Source: Candidatus Nanoarchaeia archaeon | GTDB lineage: Archaea; Nanobdellota; Nanobdellia; Woesearchaeales; DATDXC01 | DNA length: 64,000 nt | NCBI GenBank assembly: GCA_035289425.1 | Contig: DATDXC010000038.1 | Location: 732-64,731 of the forward strand | Reading direction: 5' to 3' | Shown here: positions 1 through 9,800 of the stretch, one piece after another | Position numbering within the stretch: position 1 is the stretch's first letter | How the letters are laid out: each line of letters opens with the position of its first letter | Position numbers and translations under genes: made by a program | The notes under the pieces: model-generated | What the model was told of the DNA's origin: nothing | The model's database searches: none | What the model saw: the letters and a program-made list of their open reading frames with translations, nothing else

Positions 1-465
1 AACCTACAGATCATTCACCATCTCATCGAGGAAAGGAACATTCCGGGAGTGTATGTAACCCTGAATAAGCCCTTTAAAAGCATGATTGCTGTATTCAAGA
101 AAGAAAACATAGATGCAGACATGGTCATATTCATAGACGCAGTTACTAAGACAGTTGGCGGAGAGCTGCAGAAGACTGACAAATGTCTGTACATCGGATC
201 TCCAGAGAACTTAAGTGATGTGTCCATAGCCATGGAGCAGGCTGTTATGGCCCTCCCTTCAAAAGAACGCTTTGTCTTCTTTGACAGCCTCTCCACCTTA
301 TTGATGTTCAATGATGTAACCACGGTTGCAAAATTTATCCACTTTCTTGCAGGGAAGATGAGGGTATGGGGTGTCGAGGGTGTCATAGTGTCATTGCGCA
401 AGGAAAAGGATAAGGCGCTGATTGATGAACTGACTCAGTTTTGCGACGCAATACTGGATTTTTGA
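1..465 (+). CDS. KaiC/RecA-superfamily ATPase-like domain protein, 5' end outside the window
   Basis: Frame is open from base 1. Contains 'GVYVTLNKPF', a Walker-B-like 'FVFFDSLSTLL' and C-terminal 'LTQFCDAIL', typical of archaeal KaiC/FlaH-like domains. Confidence 0.6.
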   Translation, partial: NLQIIHHLIEERNIPGVYVTLNKPFKSMIAVFKKENIDADMVIFIDAVTKTVGGELQKTDKCLYIGSPENLSDVSIAMEQAVMALPSKERFVFFDSLSTLLMFNDVTTVAKFIHFLAGKMRVWGVEGVIVSLRKEKDKALIDELTQFCDAILDF

Positions 466-474
466 GGTGTGAAC

Positions 475-915
475 ATGAACGGAAAAACATTGACCATTTT
501 ATTATCAGTCGCCTTTGGGGTTGCAGCAATATTCAAGATGGTTCCTGATTTGGAGGTTGCAATTGGCTTTCTCACTATCTCCTTTGGCATTTTGGCTATT
601 ATCTGGACAGCTATGTCAGTGGGCGCTTTGTCTAAAGGCTCATCATTGCGGAAGCATACGGTGTATTTCCTCATCTCTCTGATATCCATCTTGTTGTTCT
701 CGATCTGGCATACCCTCTCGAAGATTCTTGGCTGGCGCCAGACCATAGTGGAAGCATGGATGTATCCTGGCTACCTGTTCCTTGCAGCCTCTTTCATAAT
801 CTTCGTATTTACCGCATACCAGGTGCTTCAGATGGGTCACCAATTTGGTTTTTCTGGCCAGGCACGGAAAATACAGAAAGTAATGGCATCAAAATCCAAA
901 AAGGCCGCCCAGTAG
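475..915 (+). CDS. Hypothetical multi-pass membrane protein
   Basis: GAGGTG RBS precedes ATG 475; about four hydrophobic segments. Confidence 0.7.
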   Translation: MNGKTLTILLSVAFGVAAIFKMVPDLEVAIGFLTISFGILAIIWTAMSVGALSKGSSLRKHTVYFLISLISILLFSIWHTLSKILGWRQTIVEAWMYPGYLFLAASFIIFVFTAYQVLQMGHQFGFSGQARKIQKVMASKSKKAAQ

Positions 916-1863
916 ATTCTTCATAAGGTACCTTGATGCAAAAAAGATAGCAAGGCTGATTGCAATCAGAACGGGGAGAAATTTCAATCCCTCTCTTTCT
1001 TTGCCCTTTGAAATTGAGCCTAGAATCAGTGACCCCAGAACACATGAAGTTATCAGGAAAATGACTGCAAACCTAATGACGAAGTCGACTGAGATTGCGA
1101 CTTCGGTAAAAGTCAGCGGCAGGCTCGCCTGGGCTGTTTCAGGAATGTCTATGCCTGCAATGTTTTCAGTCAGGACCTCCACCAGGAATGAACTGAGTCC
1201 AAAGAGTGCTGGCGCACCCACTGCAATGGCAACGAAAATAAAGATAACATACATCATGGCATTTGCCTTGATCCGTTCATCGACTAGCATTTCCTGACGC
1301 AGGTTGCGGGCTGTCTGCTCCAATAACGCCGCAAGCTGGCCACCTGCCCTTAAACCAGATACTATGAGGGACATGGTCTTTGCCAGCCGTTCAGACTTGA
1401 TCCGTGTTGACATATTCATTAGGGCAACACCCGTGTCCTTGCCCGTGGTAATCTCCTTTCCCACTTGGTTTATTTCATCCTGAAAAGGCCCGAATTCTGG
1501 CCGGGCTGCCAATAACAGCGCCTTGTCTGTGGTAAATCCTGCCCTCAGGTTGGAAGCCATCAGCTGGAGCACATCAGGCAAAATACTTTCGACAAATTTT
1601 GATTTTGCATCTGATCTGAGCACCAAAATAAAATAGGTGAGAAGCTGCAGCATCAGGAAATAGGAAAGGAAAGCAACAATGAGCTGTATCCTGAACCAAG
1701 CACTGGTGAAAAAGGCAAGCACAGCGGCGAGCAGTAGGCTACATACCAGTATGAACCCCATGAATCGCAAAGGGTTCACTTTTACATGGGAATACCTCAG
1801 CAGATTGACATAATCTTGCTTGACTTTCTGCGGATAGAATCGGGATAAGAAATGGTATAGCAT
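889..1863 (-). CDS. Type IV pilus platform protein (T2SS F / TadC-like)
   Basis: 'LPDVLQLMASNLRAG' motif, multiple TM helices, operonic with the pilus ATPase. Confidence 0.9.
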   Translation of the reverse strand: MLYHFLSRFYPQKVKQDYVNLLRYSHVKVNPLRFMGFILVCSLLLAAVLAFFTSAWFRIQLIVAFLSYFLMLQLLTYFILVLRSDAKSKFVESILPDVLQLMASNLRAGFTTDKALLLAARPEFGPFQDEINQVGKEITTGKDTGVALMNMSTRIKSERLAKTMSLIVSGLRAGGQLAALLEQTARNLRQEMLVDERIKANAMMYVIFIFVAIAVGAPALFGLSSFLVEVLTENIAGIDIPETAQASLPLTFTEVAISVDFVIRFAVIFLITSCVLGSLILGSISKGKEREGLKFLPVLIAISLAIFFASRYLMKNLLGGLFGF

Positions 1864-1864
1864 C

Positions 1865-2755
1865 CTAATCTCCCAACAGGTTGGGCCTCCTTGATTTTAT
1901 AATGCCTATGAACATGAGCTGGAAAAAGAACACCATCCCATACAGGCCCCAGAATATCAGTTTAGTTGCCCCAGGCGACAAGGCGAGGAATGAAGAAAGT
2001 ATAATCAGAAATGTCATGCCCAGCGAAGGAGCAATGACGACTGCGAGCATGTAGAACATGGCAAGCGGATTGAGCTGGCTTCCGTACCGCTGAATCTGCA
2101 GCACCTGTTCTTCAGCTAAAAGATTTAGAATCTCTCCAATAACTCCGGTCATGTCAGATCCTGACTTAATGCCGTTGATCAGTTGCCAGACAGCTCTCCT
2201 GAAAAAAACCGAGGGATTGACCGCTGCCACGTCTTCCAAGGTTTCAATCTGCGGTTTTCCCGCATTAATCTCCCGGACTACCTTGGACATCTCAATAGAA
2301 ATCTCGCCATACTCTTCTTTGGAAATGTTGACCAAACTTTCAAACAACGGCACACCTGAGTTCAGTTGAATCAATAGATTCTGAAGCGCCGGCAGAATGT
2401 TTTGCTCTATGCTCTTGATGCGTCTGCTTGCATGTATCTTGGGATAATAGAGCTGCTGCATGAATACAAAGAGAGCAAATACCAAGGGAATAAACAATCC
2501 GATCAGAATGAAATTTTCCACACCCGCAATCAGGAGCAGGATATTCAGCAGGAATGCGAAAAATATGTAGAATAGGACAGTTGCCGTGTAACAGAGGCTT
2601 AGGTATTCCTTCGGCGTAAACTGGAATTTTGCCTGGCGCAGATTCACCTTGAGAAACGGAAACAGGTTTTGGGATCTTTCAGCAGCGCCTAGAAAAAAAG
2701 GAGAGCCCTTCTCCAATACTTGCACGGGAACCAATGAATAGGGCATGCGAAACAT
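1865..2755 (-). CDS. Type IV pilus platform protein (T2SS F / TadB-like)
   Basis: 'LPALQNLLIQLNSGVPL' and 'EYGEISIE' T2SSF motifs with TM helices. Confidence 0.9.
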   Translation of the reverse strand: MFRMPYSLVPVQVLEKGSPFFLGAAERSQNLFPFLKVNLRQAKFQFTPKEYLSLCYTATVLFYIFFAFLLNILLLIAGVENFILIGLFIPLVFALFVFMQQLYYPKIHASRRIKSIEQNILPALQNLLIQLNSGVPLFESLVNISKEEYGEISIEMSKVVREINAGKPQIETLEDVAAVNPSVFFRRAVWQLINGIKSGSDMTGVIGEILNLLAEEQVLQIQRYGSQLNPLAMFYMLAVVIAPSLGMTFLIILSSFLALSPGATKLIFWGLYGMVFFFQLMFIGIIKSRRPNLLGD

Positions 2756-2759
2756 TTCA

Positions 2760-4262
2760 TCAACCTATCAGTTTTTTGGGATCTACGTTTTTCGTTACCC
2801 CTTTTACAATGAAGTCATTGTCGAGATAATATTGGGAGAGAATGCTTCCTACCTCATTCAGCTTTCTCAAGTTGTGTTTTACCAGATAGCTCAGAATTGA
2901 TTTTTTTGTTGCAAGATCCTTGTTTATTTCAGCCTGACTTAAACCAGTATGCCTGCTAAGGTCTTCAAATAGCCTGACTGGGGGGGCATGCGGCACCATA
3001 GTGTCATTTGAAGGCTTCCATCGGTATATAATATTCCCTTTACAAGAAACTTTGCCTCCATCTTCAGTAGTGATAAACTCTCCGAGCTGATATACCCGCC
3101 TTATGCCCCTTCTTCGCTCCCGAAACATTACTACGTTTAGATTAACTGCCCCTAAAAGATTTGCAGGAACGTCAATGGGTGGATTAGTGAGCCGCTGAAT
3201 GGTTTCATTTGTGGAATCGGCGTGGATAGTGGCATAGACGCTGTGGCCGGTGTGCATTGCTTCGAAGAGGACCTCTGCTTCTCTTTTTCTCCTGATCTCT
3301 CCTAAGATTATCTTGTCGGGCCTCATTCTCAACGAATTTATGAGCAGATCAAGCATGGTAACTTCTCCCTTGCCTTCTGGATTAGCCTGTCTGGTTGTCA
3401 ATGGACACCAGTATAAAAATTTTGGAAGCTGGAGCTCTCTGGTATCTTCGATGCTTATGATGCGCTGGTTTGGTGGCATGAATGGTGTACACACATTCAA
3501 GAATGATGTCTTTCCTGAACCAGTGCCTCCGCTTATAAGGACATTCATCTCATACTGTATCGCTAACCATATAAGTGCAAATATGTTAATGTCACCGGTC
3601 TTATTATTGATAAAGTCAGTTACCGTCCATGGGTCCCTGGCAAATTTTCTGATGGTAATGGTGTGGCCCTTGTTTGATATGGGATATAAGACTGCATTTG
3701 CCCTGTCTCCGGTAATGAGGTGGGCATCCAGCAATGGGTTAAGGGTCGTTACCTGCCTGCCAACCCTTCGCGCGATCATATTTGCGAAATTTTGAATCCT
3801 ATCTTCTGATTCCATAGTCAGATCGGTGAGGAGCCAGCCATACTTCTTATGATAGACTCGTATAGGTTCTGTCGCTGAGTTTATGATGATCTCTTCGAGC
3901 TCACCATCATTGAGAAGGAATTCCATGGTGCCAAAGCCCAGCATGTCATGCACTAGATGCCCGATGAGGAATTGGGCAGTCGATGGCTTGATGCTCGGTA
4001 CTTTGCTCTTAAAGAGTTCGGCTGCTTTCAGCCTGAATTTTTCCTTGAGACTGTCCATAACTTTAGGATCCAATATCTCCGCAGCACTCACCTTTACTTC
4101 AGTGATGAGGCTGTCCCTGACTGCATTAGTTAATGCTTTGGTAGGTGGAGTTATAGCAGGCACAACTACCTTATACCTCATCTGTTTGTCTTCATCAGCC
4201 TGGATATGCACCTGGGCCTGGACGCCATCAGCTTCTATGTTGTATGTCTCTAGTTCTCGCAT
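2760..4262 (-). CDS. Type IV pilus assembly ATPase (CpaF/VirB11/FlaI family)
   Basis: Walker A GGTGSGKT, Asp box 'SIEDTREL', 'LRMRPDKIILGEIR', His box 'TGHSVYATIH'. Confidence 0.95.
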   Translation of the reverse strand: MRELETYNIEADGVQAQVHIQADEDKQMRYKVVVPAITPPTKALTNAVRDSLITEVKVSAAEILDPKVMDSLKEKFRLKAAELFKSKVPSIKPSTAQFLIGHLVHDMLGFGTMEFLLNDGELEEIIINSATEPIRVYHKKYGWLLTDLTMESEDRIQNFANMIARRVGRQVTTLNPLLDAHLITGDRANAVLYPISNKGHTITIRKFARDPWTVTDFINNKTGDINIFALIWLAIQYEMNVLISGGTGSGKTSFLNVCTPFMPPNQRIISIEDTRELQLPKFLYWCPLTTRQANPEGKGEVTMLDLLINSLRMRPDKIILGEIRRKREAEVLFEAMHTGHSVYATIHADSTNETIQRLTNPPIDVPANLLGAVNLNVVMFRERRRGIRRVYQLGEFITTEDGGKVSCKGNIIYRWKPSNDTMVPHAPPVRLFEDLSRHTGLSQAEINKDLATKKSILSYLVKHNLRKLNEVGSILSQYYLDNDFIVKGVTKNVDPKKLIG

Positions 4263-5269
4263 TTTCCTATCTCTATTTCCCCGATAATGGGATAATTTAT
4301 TTTGACAAGGTTTTGTTCTTCAAGAATCGATGCCCATTCTTCTATCACTTTCTTATCCACTTCGAAATATTTTGACAAGGCAGAAAGCTTTACATACCCT
4401 TTCTGCTGCACTATTTTACAGAGCACATCTAGTTCGGTCTCGTTACCACTGAGGGGGATCTTCAGCTGCTTTGGCAATTCGTGCAGCGCCACAATCTTTG
4501 GCCTCATAACCTTCTTTGTTTGTTCCTGGGGCATAGGTTTCTGAGTCGTTGACTTTGGTTTTCTTCCCAAACTGGTAAAAGATACAATCATGCCTAAAAT
4601 CGAAACAATGATTGCGATTGCTTGTTTTATGATAACCGAAATTATAAAAACCAGGAGGGATATTATCAACAAAGCAAGCATAACCTGCTTCTTTGTTATA
4701 TGCTTCTTTTCTCTCGTTGTTTCAGATTTTGAGGGTCTGAAGCCAACGAGGGACATCAACGCGACTATACCGAAAAGCACTGCTCCGGTTGTATTTTTAA
4801 TATATAATGAATATCCTAATAGGGCTATAGAGATACAAAGGAGGAAGAGAGAAATTTTCTTTTTTGGTAGTTGTCGTATCTGAGGTTTGTGTGATATAAC
4901 CACTTTTTTATGCTTGAGCCTTCCCAGCAATGTTATAACATACAATAAGGTGCCTGCTCCCATCCCTAACCAGCTCTGGTAAAAAAAGGCAACGCTAAAT
5001 ATGAGTATGGCGGCTAAAGCTATCAAAGCAGTTGGTAACGGGTGGACTTTCTTTTTACGGCGTTTGCTATGGCGGTGGAGCTTGTGCCAAAGGAACAAGC
5101 CATCCAGGATGATTATGCCTAATACCCCATAGATGAGGGTTGTTGTTGATAATGGTATTTCAAAATACCTGATTAGGAATACGGCTGCCGTACCAAGAGC
5201 AAGGACGAGTACCAGCGGGACAATTACTTTTTTCTTGGACTGCGGACTAGTTTTTTTCCCCACCCTCAT
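4250..5269 (-). CDS. Hypothetical membrane protein with C-terminal winged-helix-like domain
   Basis: Pairs of TM helices separated by basic linkers; C-terminal 'LSKYFEVDKKVIEEWASILEE'. Start placed at ATG 5269. Confidence 0.7.
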   Translation of the reverse strand: MRVGKKTSPQSKKKVIVPLVLVLALGTAAVFLIRYFEIPLSTTTLIYGVLGIIILDGLFLWHKLHRHSKRRKKKVHPLPTALIALAAILIFSVAFFYQSWLGMGAGTLLYVITLLGRLKHKKVVISHKPQIRQLPKKKISLFLLCISIALLGYSLYIKNTTGAVLFGIVALMSLVGFRPSKSETTREKKHITKKQVMLALLIISLLVFIISVIIKQAIAIIVSILGMIVSFTSLGRKPKSTTQKPMPQEQTKKVMRPKIVALHELPKQLKIPLSGNETELDVLCKIVQQKGYVKLSALSKYFEVDKKVIEEWASILEEQNLVKINYPIIGEIEIGKCEN

Positions 5270-5346
5270 GCATATACTATGCAGGAGGCATTTTTTAAAG
5301 ATGTGTATTAATCTTTTAATAGTGACTTCTTCAGATGAAAATGGGG

Positions 5347-5558
5347 GGCCCGTAGAAATCTTCTCGGCTACGCCTTGGTTAGTGTCAGGTTTGGCTTCGA
5401 TGTTTATGGCCATTACCCACATACTGAGAAAATTTCATTTTCTGGTACTTCACTCACTGCGTTCGGAAGTTTCCCTGACGGAGCCTCCCCTTTGTCGGTT
5501 TTACCTCATAATGGAAGAGCCTCACCGATTGACACCAACTTTAGGATTTCTACGGGCC
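5347..5558. mobile_element. Non-coding element bounded by perfect 14-bp inverted repeats (MITE-like)
   Basis: GGCCCGTAGAAATC (5347-5360) and GATTTCTACGGGCC (5545-5558), with internal complementary segments. No clear TSD. Confidence 0.55.
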
Positions 5559-5603
5559 AAAATATGATTAAATTTAAATATGACAGTTTCCCCATTGTAA
5601 AAA

Positions 5604-6014
5604 ATGGAAAAAAGAGGTCAGATTAGTCTTGAGTATATGCTTATTGTGGGGATGGCAACACTCATTGCCGGTTTTCTTCTGGTGATGTCCCATTATTATT
5701 CCCGCCAGGTTGAAGATGTAATCAACACCAACCAACTGGATAGAATAGTGAAGGAAGTGGTGGATACTTCTGAGTCTATGTATTATTTTGGAGAGCCTTC
5801 GAAGACAACGCTTAAAGTGTACATTCCCACTGGGGTAAATTCGGTTACGATAAACAGTCAGCAGCTTACCTTCAATGTCAAGACCCAGAGCGGCGATACT
5901 GATATTTTCTATTCCTCTTCTGTTCCACTGCAAGGAGACTTAGCCATCACACCTGGTTTTCATTTTGTTACCATTGAGGCGAAGGGGGGGTATGTGTGGA
6001 TAAACAGCACCTAA
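5604..6014 (+). CDS. Class III signal-peptide pilin-like protein
   Basis: N-terminal KRG|QISLEY followed by a hydrophobic helix. Confidence 0.85.
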   Translation: MEKRGQISLEYMLIVGMATLIAGFLLVMSHYYSRQVEDVINTNQLDRIVKEVVDTSESMYYFGEPSKTTLKVYIPTGVNSVTINSQQLTFNVKTQSGDTDIFYSSSVPLQGDLAITPGFHFVTIEAKGGYVWINST

Positions 6015-6388
6015 GGGCACAGGGTGCCATGGAATTTATGGTTCTGGCAGGAATACTTCTGCTGCTGTTTGCAATCATCATGGGGATTTTTGGCTCCCAG
6101 GCCTCTGATACCAACAAGCAGAAGATACTGCTGCGGGCAGAGGATGTGGTAGTCAAGATCCAGAAAGAAGTTCATCTGGCAGCGCGGGTCTTAGATGGGT
6201 ATTCCCGGGAGTTTACGCTTCCACAGCGGATAGTCAATAAGGAATATACACTCACTATCCAAGGGGACGAGATTGTGCTTCATGTGATGGATGATGATTT
6301 TTGGCGGACCATCCCTCCAGTAGTCGGCAATTTTACTTTAGGCACTAACACAATCAGGAAAGCAAATGGAATCATTTACCTCAACTAA
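5996..6388 (+). CDS. Class III signal-peptide pilin-like protein
   Basis: RA|QGAMEF followed by a hydrophobic helix. Confidence 0.85.
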   Translation: MDKQHLRAQGAMEFMVLAGILLLLFAIIMGIFGSQASDTNKQKILLRAEDVVVKIQKEVHLAARVLDGYSREFTLPQRIVNKEYTLTIQGDEIVLHVMDDDFWRTIPPVVGNFTLGTNTIRKANGIIYLN

Positions 6389-6869
6389 GGCTCAGGTATG
6401 GAGCATAGACTTTTTTGTAGCGATTGTTATCTTAGTAGGAGCTCTCTTCATATTCTACCAACAGGGTTTGTTTGAACTCAACAGACAACAGCAAGACATC
6501 AATGATTTGGTCTTGGATGCTAAGGTTGTCTCAAACTATTTAGTTTCTGCTGGATATCCAGCCAACTGGACTGAAAGCAATGTCAGCCTCATCGGGCTTA
6601 CTGATGGCAGCCTTGCATTGGACGAAACAAAGATAGATAGCTTCGCTGCGTTGGCGGCTGCCGATTATACCACCAGCAAACATCTGTTGTCGACATCCCA
6701 CAACTTTGAAGTTTTTTTTGAGGACCGAACCAATGCGACTTTGACCATACATGGCGTATCCCGCATTGGCGCAGACTACAGCGCTGCGGATCCTGATAAT
6801 GTCATCAGAATTGTCCGCTTCGTGTCCTATAATTCAGAGATAATAAAAATGGTGCTGTACGTATGGTAA
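6366..6869 (+). CDS. Class III signal-peptide pilin-like protein
   Basis: KA|QVWSIDF followed by a hydrophobic helix. Confidence 0.8.
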   Translation: MESFTSTKAQVWSIDFFVAIVILVGALFIFYQQGLFELNRQQQDINDLVLDAKVVSNYLVSAGYPANWTESNVSLIGLTDGSLALDETKIDSFAALAAADYTTSKHLLSTSHNFEVFFEDRTNATLTIHGVSRIGADYSAADPDNVIRIVRFVSYNSEIIKMVLYVW

Positions 6870-9800
6870 GAAAAGGATTCTTCTACAGTTTGGATGCATT
6901 GATCGCAGTTATGCTCATATTGGCAGTCTTGGTATTGATACCCGTGTTTTACATCAACAAGGAAGAGGCCACCAATCCGGTCTATTATTCTTCAGATATA
7001 ATCCAGCTTTTGTCTACCCTGACTCTTGTAGAGATCAACAACAGCGATGTTCAGACACTGCTCAACACCAGCAACATCACCAACTATAACCGGAGCATCA
7101 TTGAGCAGGTGCTCCGTTTTCAGGTGGCGGGTGATGAATATAGGGCACAAAAACTGCTAAACCTCACTATTGAAGGTCTTACTCCTCGTCAGTTCACTAT
7201 CGGGGTATACATTGAAGGATACTCTGATCCGTTGTTTGTATCCTCTAATAACAGCGTGCATCAGCTGATCTCTTCCAAACAGATGATCTCAGGTATAGAG
7301 AAAGACAGGGCTGTGGAAGGGCTCACTTCCCGGGTATTCCTTTCCGGCATAAATGAGATGACCTCATCGGTATACATCTACTTTGGAGGATACATCGGAG
7401 AGGGAAACATAACCAGGATACTGCAGCTTCCATCCGGAATTAATGATGTTACCTCAGGATATTTGGAACTTGATGCAAGCGCTAATTTCACCCTATTCCT
7501 TAATGGAGAATATGCGGGATATTTTGGGGTGAGCGCCACCAACGCATCAAACCTTTCCGCTGACCATTGGGATATGGAGGCATCTTACCTTTTGAACCTG
7601 CATTCGGGTGCCAATACCGTTGAGCTTTTCTTCAATGATACTTCCCATGGTTATATCGGTGGTGGGTATATCAGGTTTACCTATGCATCAACCGAGCTTG
7701 ATCTTTATAATGATGCGGGGGAATCCACTTATTGGTTTCCAGGTATTGAAGGAATAATAAATGTATATGACTCATTTTATGTGCCTGGCACTTTACATGG
7801 GGCTGAGATATTCCTCCATCTCTTATCCAATGCTCCGGTTTTCCTTTCTGTGGGTAATTCTACTATTGTGGAAATCAATGCGTCTGCTTCAAGCCAGCAG
7901 ATACTGCTCAACTCCACCTATATCAGTTCTTTGTTAGATTTTACTTCCTTAGGTATGCGGACTGTTCCGCTTCGTCTCGGGATACGAAACGTCAGTTTCA
8001 CTCTAGGGGGCAAATCAGATGCTGTTCTTACCACAGACCGCACTGGTTCCATGAACGCCTGCGATGTTGAAATCAGCTGCTCAACTCCAGGCATCTGCGA
8101 TTCGACTGCTACGTGCCATGAGCGCAGGGATAAGGTAGCCCAAAGCTCTGATCGAACATTCATCAATGAGATGCTTTCGGTTGAGGGAAATACTGTAGGA
8201 CTGATTGGTTATGGCATGCGGTCAAACCCTGTCTGTTCCTTTACGTACCTCACTGATGAAAATAACACCTTACAGCAGCACATTGATGATTATTATGGAG
8301 AATGGTGCGGTTACACATGTATATCGTGCGGCATTGTGTCTGCAGCTGAGCTCTTAGTAGAGAACAAGATGCTGCACGGCAGCAACCAAAAGACTGCTGA
8401 GGATCAGACTGAATATCATGTCGGGGACAGCGGTCCTGTATCAGTAACAGAAAATTTGGACCTCACTGTAAATCATTCTGCTTTTGTAAAAGCTCAGCTC
8501 AATGTGTTTGCACGCAGCATTGATACAGAAAACAACTACAAGGATTGTGTATTTTTCAATGACCATTACCTTGGCAGACTGTGCGAATCTAATGATGATG
8601 GCAGCACCGGATGGCACACTTGCAGTTATCCTATTTTGGAGGAGTGGCTTCCGTCCTCAGGCGCAGTTTCCGGATTATGGAGCATCTCTTCCCAGGCAGA
8701 GTTCCAACAATGCAGTCTTTCTGATATAGATGTAAATAGTGTACCAGGAAGCGCTCAGCTCAACCTTGAGGGTGCCTGGATGGACAGTGATTATACAAAA
8801 CGGCGGAAATTAACTTTTGATAATAGTGCGCAGAGTGAAATCCTTGAAGGCTTCCCGGTTATTATTTCATTGGATAACAGCAGGGTTGATTATAGCCAAA
8901 CTCAGAATCAAGGACAGGACCTTCGCTTCACAAATAGTGCCGGCATGCTGTTGCCTTACGAAATTGAGAAATGGAATGAATCAGGCATATCTTCAGTATG
9001 GGTCAAGGTTCCTTCTATTGCCGGATCTTCCAATGCAGACTACGTATGGATGTATTATGGAAATCCTGCTGCAGCAGATAATCAAAGCAGTTCTGTCTGG
9101 GGCGACTATGCCGCAGTATGGCATATGGCATCAAATCAGGATTCTTCTCCTAATAATAATGACCTGAGCTGTACGAACTGTCCTGCAGCGACTGGCAGCT
9201 CATATTGGTATGATGGCAGCAATGACCGTCACTTGGTCGCAAATTCAAACCTGATAAATACAGGTGGTCCCTGGGACAATAAAACCATTGAGATATTATT
9301 CAAGGCAGATACCATAGGCTCAGGCGCCAGTAAGGATATACTCTATGAGCAAGGAAGCAGCACCAAGGGATTAAACCTATATGTAACTGGCACTTCCCTT
9401 TACGTAGGTGGGTGGAATAGGGATTCTAGCCAGAGCAATTGGGATGGGACTTGGTTGAGTGCTGGCATCAATACCGGAACCTGGTATTATGCTGTATTGG
9501 GGCTACAGGATGGGGATAATTCCGCATGCGCTGACTGCCTCAAAGGGTTCCTGAATGGACAGGAATTCTCATCTGGTGACGGAAGGAGATTATACAGCAA
9601 CACCGGAAATATTCAGATAGGTTTTGGAGACACGCGTATGCATTCTGGGACTAGTGGAGAGGACGATTATGATGGTTTTATTGATGAACTTCGTCTGACC
9701 AATAAAGCATTGTCTGCTGATTGGATCAAAGCCCAATACCTTTCATTAACTGATTCTTTTATCTCCTATGGTGATGAAGAAGTTGAGGCAGGCATATCAC

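Noticed and set aside
889..4262. Archaellum operon
   Set aside because: No archaellin or ArlF/G genes are recognisable; two separate platform genes plus pilins fit a type IV pilus.
3250..4287. Long antisense ORFs (3250-3795, 3883-4287, 57029-57646 and similar)
   Set aside because: They are shadows of well-supported genes on the opposite strand and have no recognisable motifs.
5347..5558. RNase P RNA or SRP RNA
   Set aside because: Only a loose AGGGAAACTTCC resemblance to conserved region I. No matching 3' conserved region or SRP helix-8 motif was found, and the ends look like transposon TIRs.
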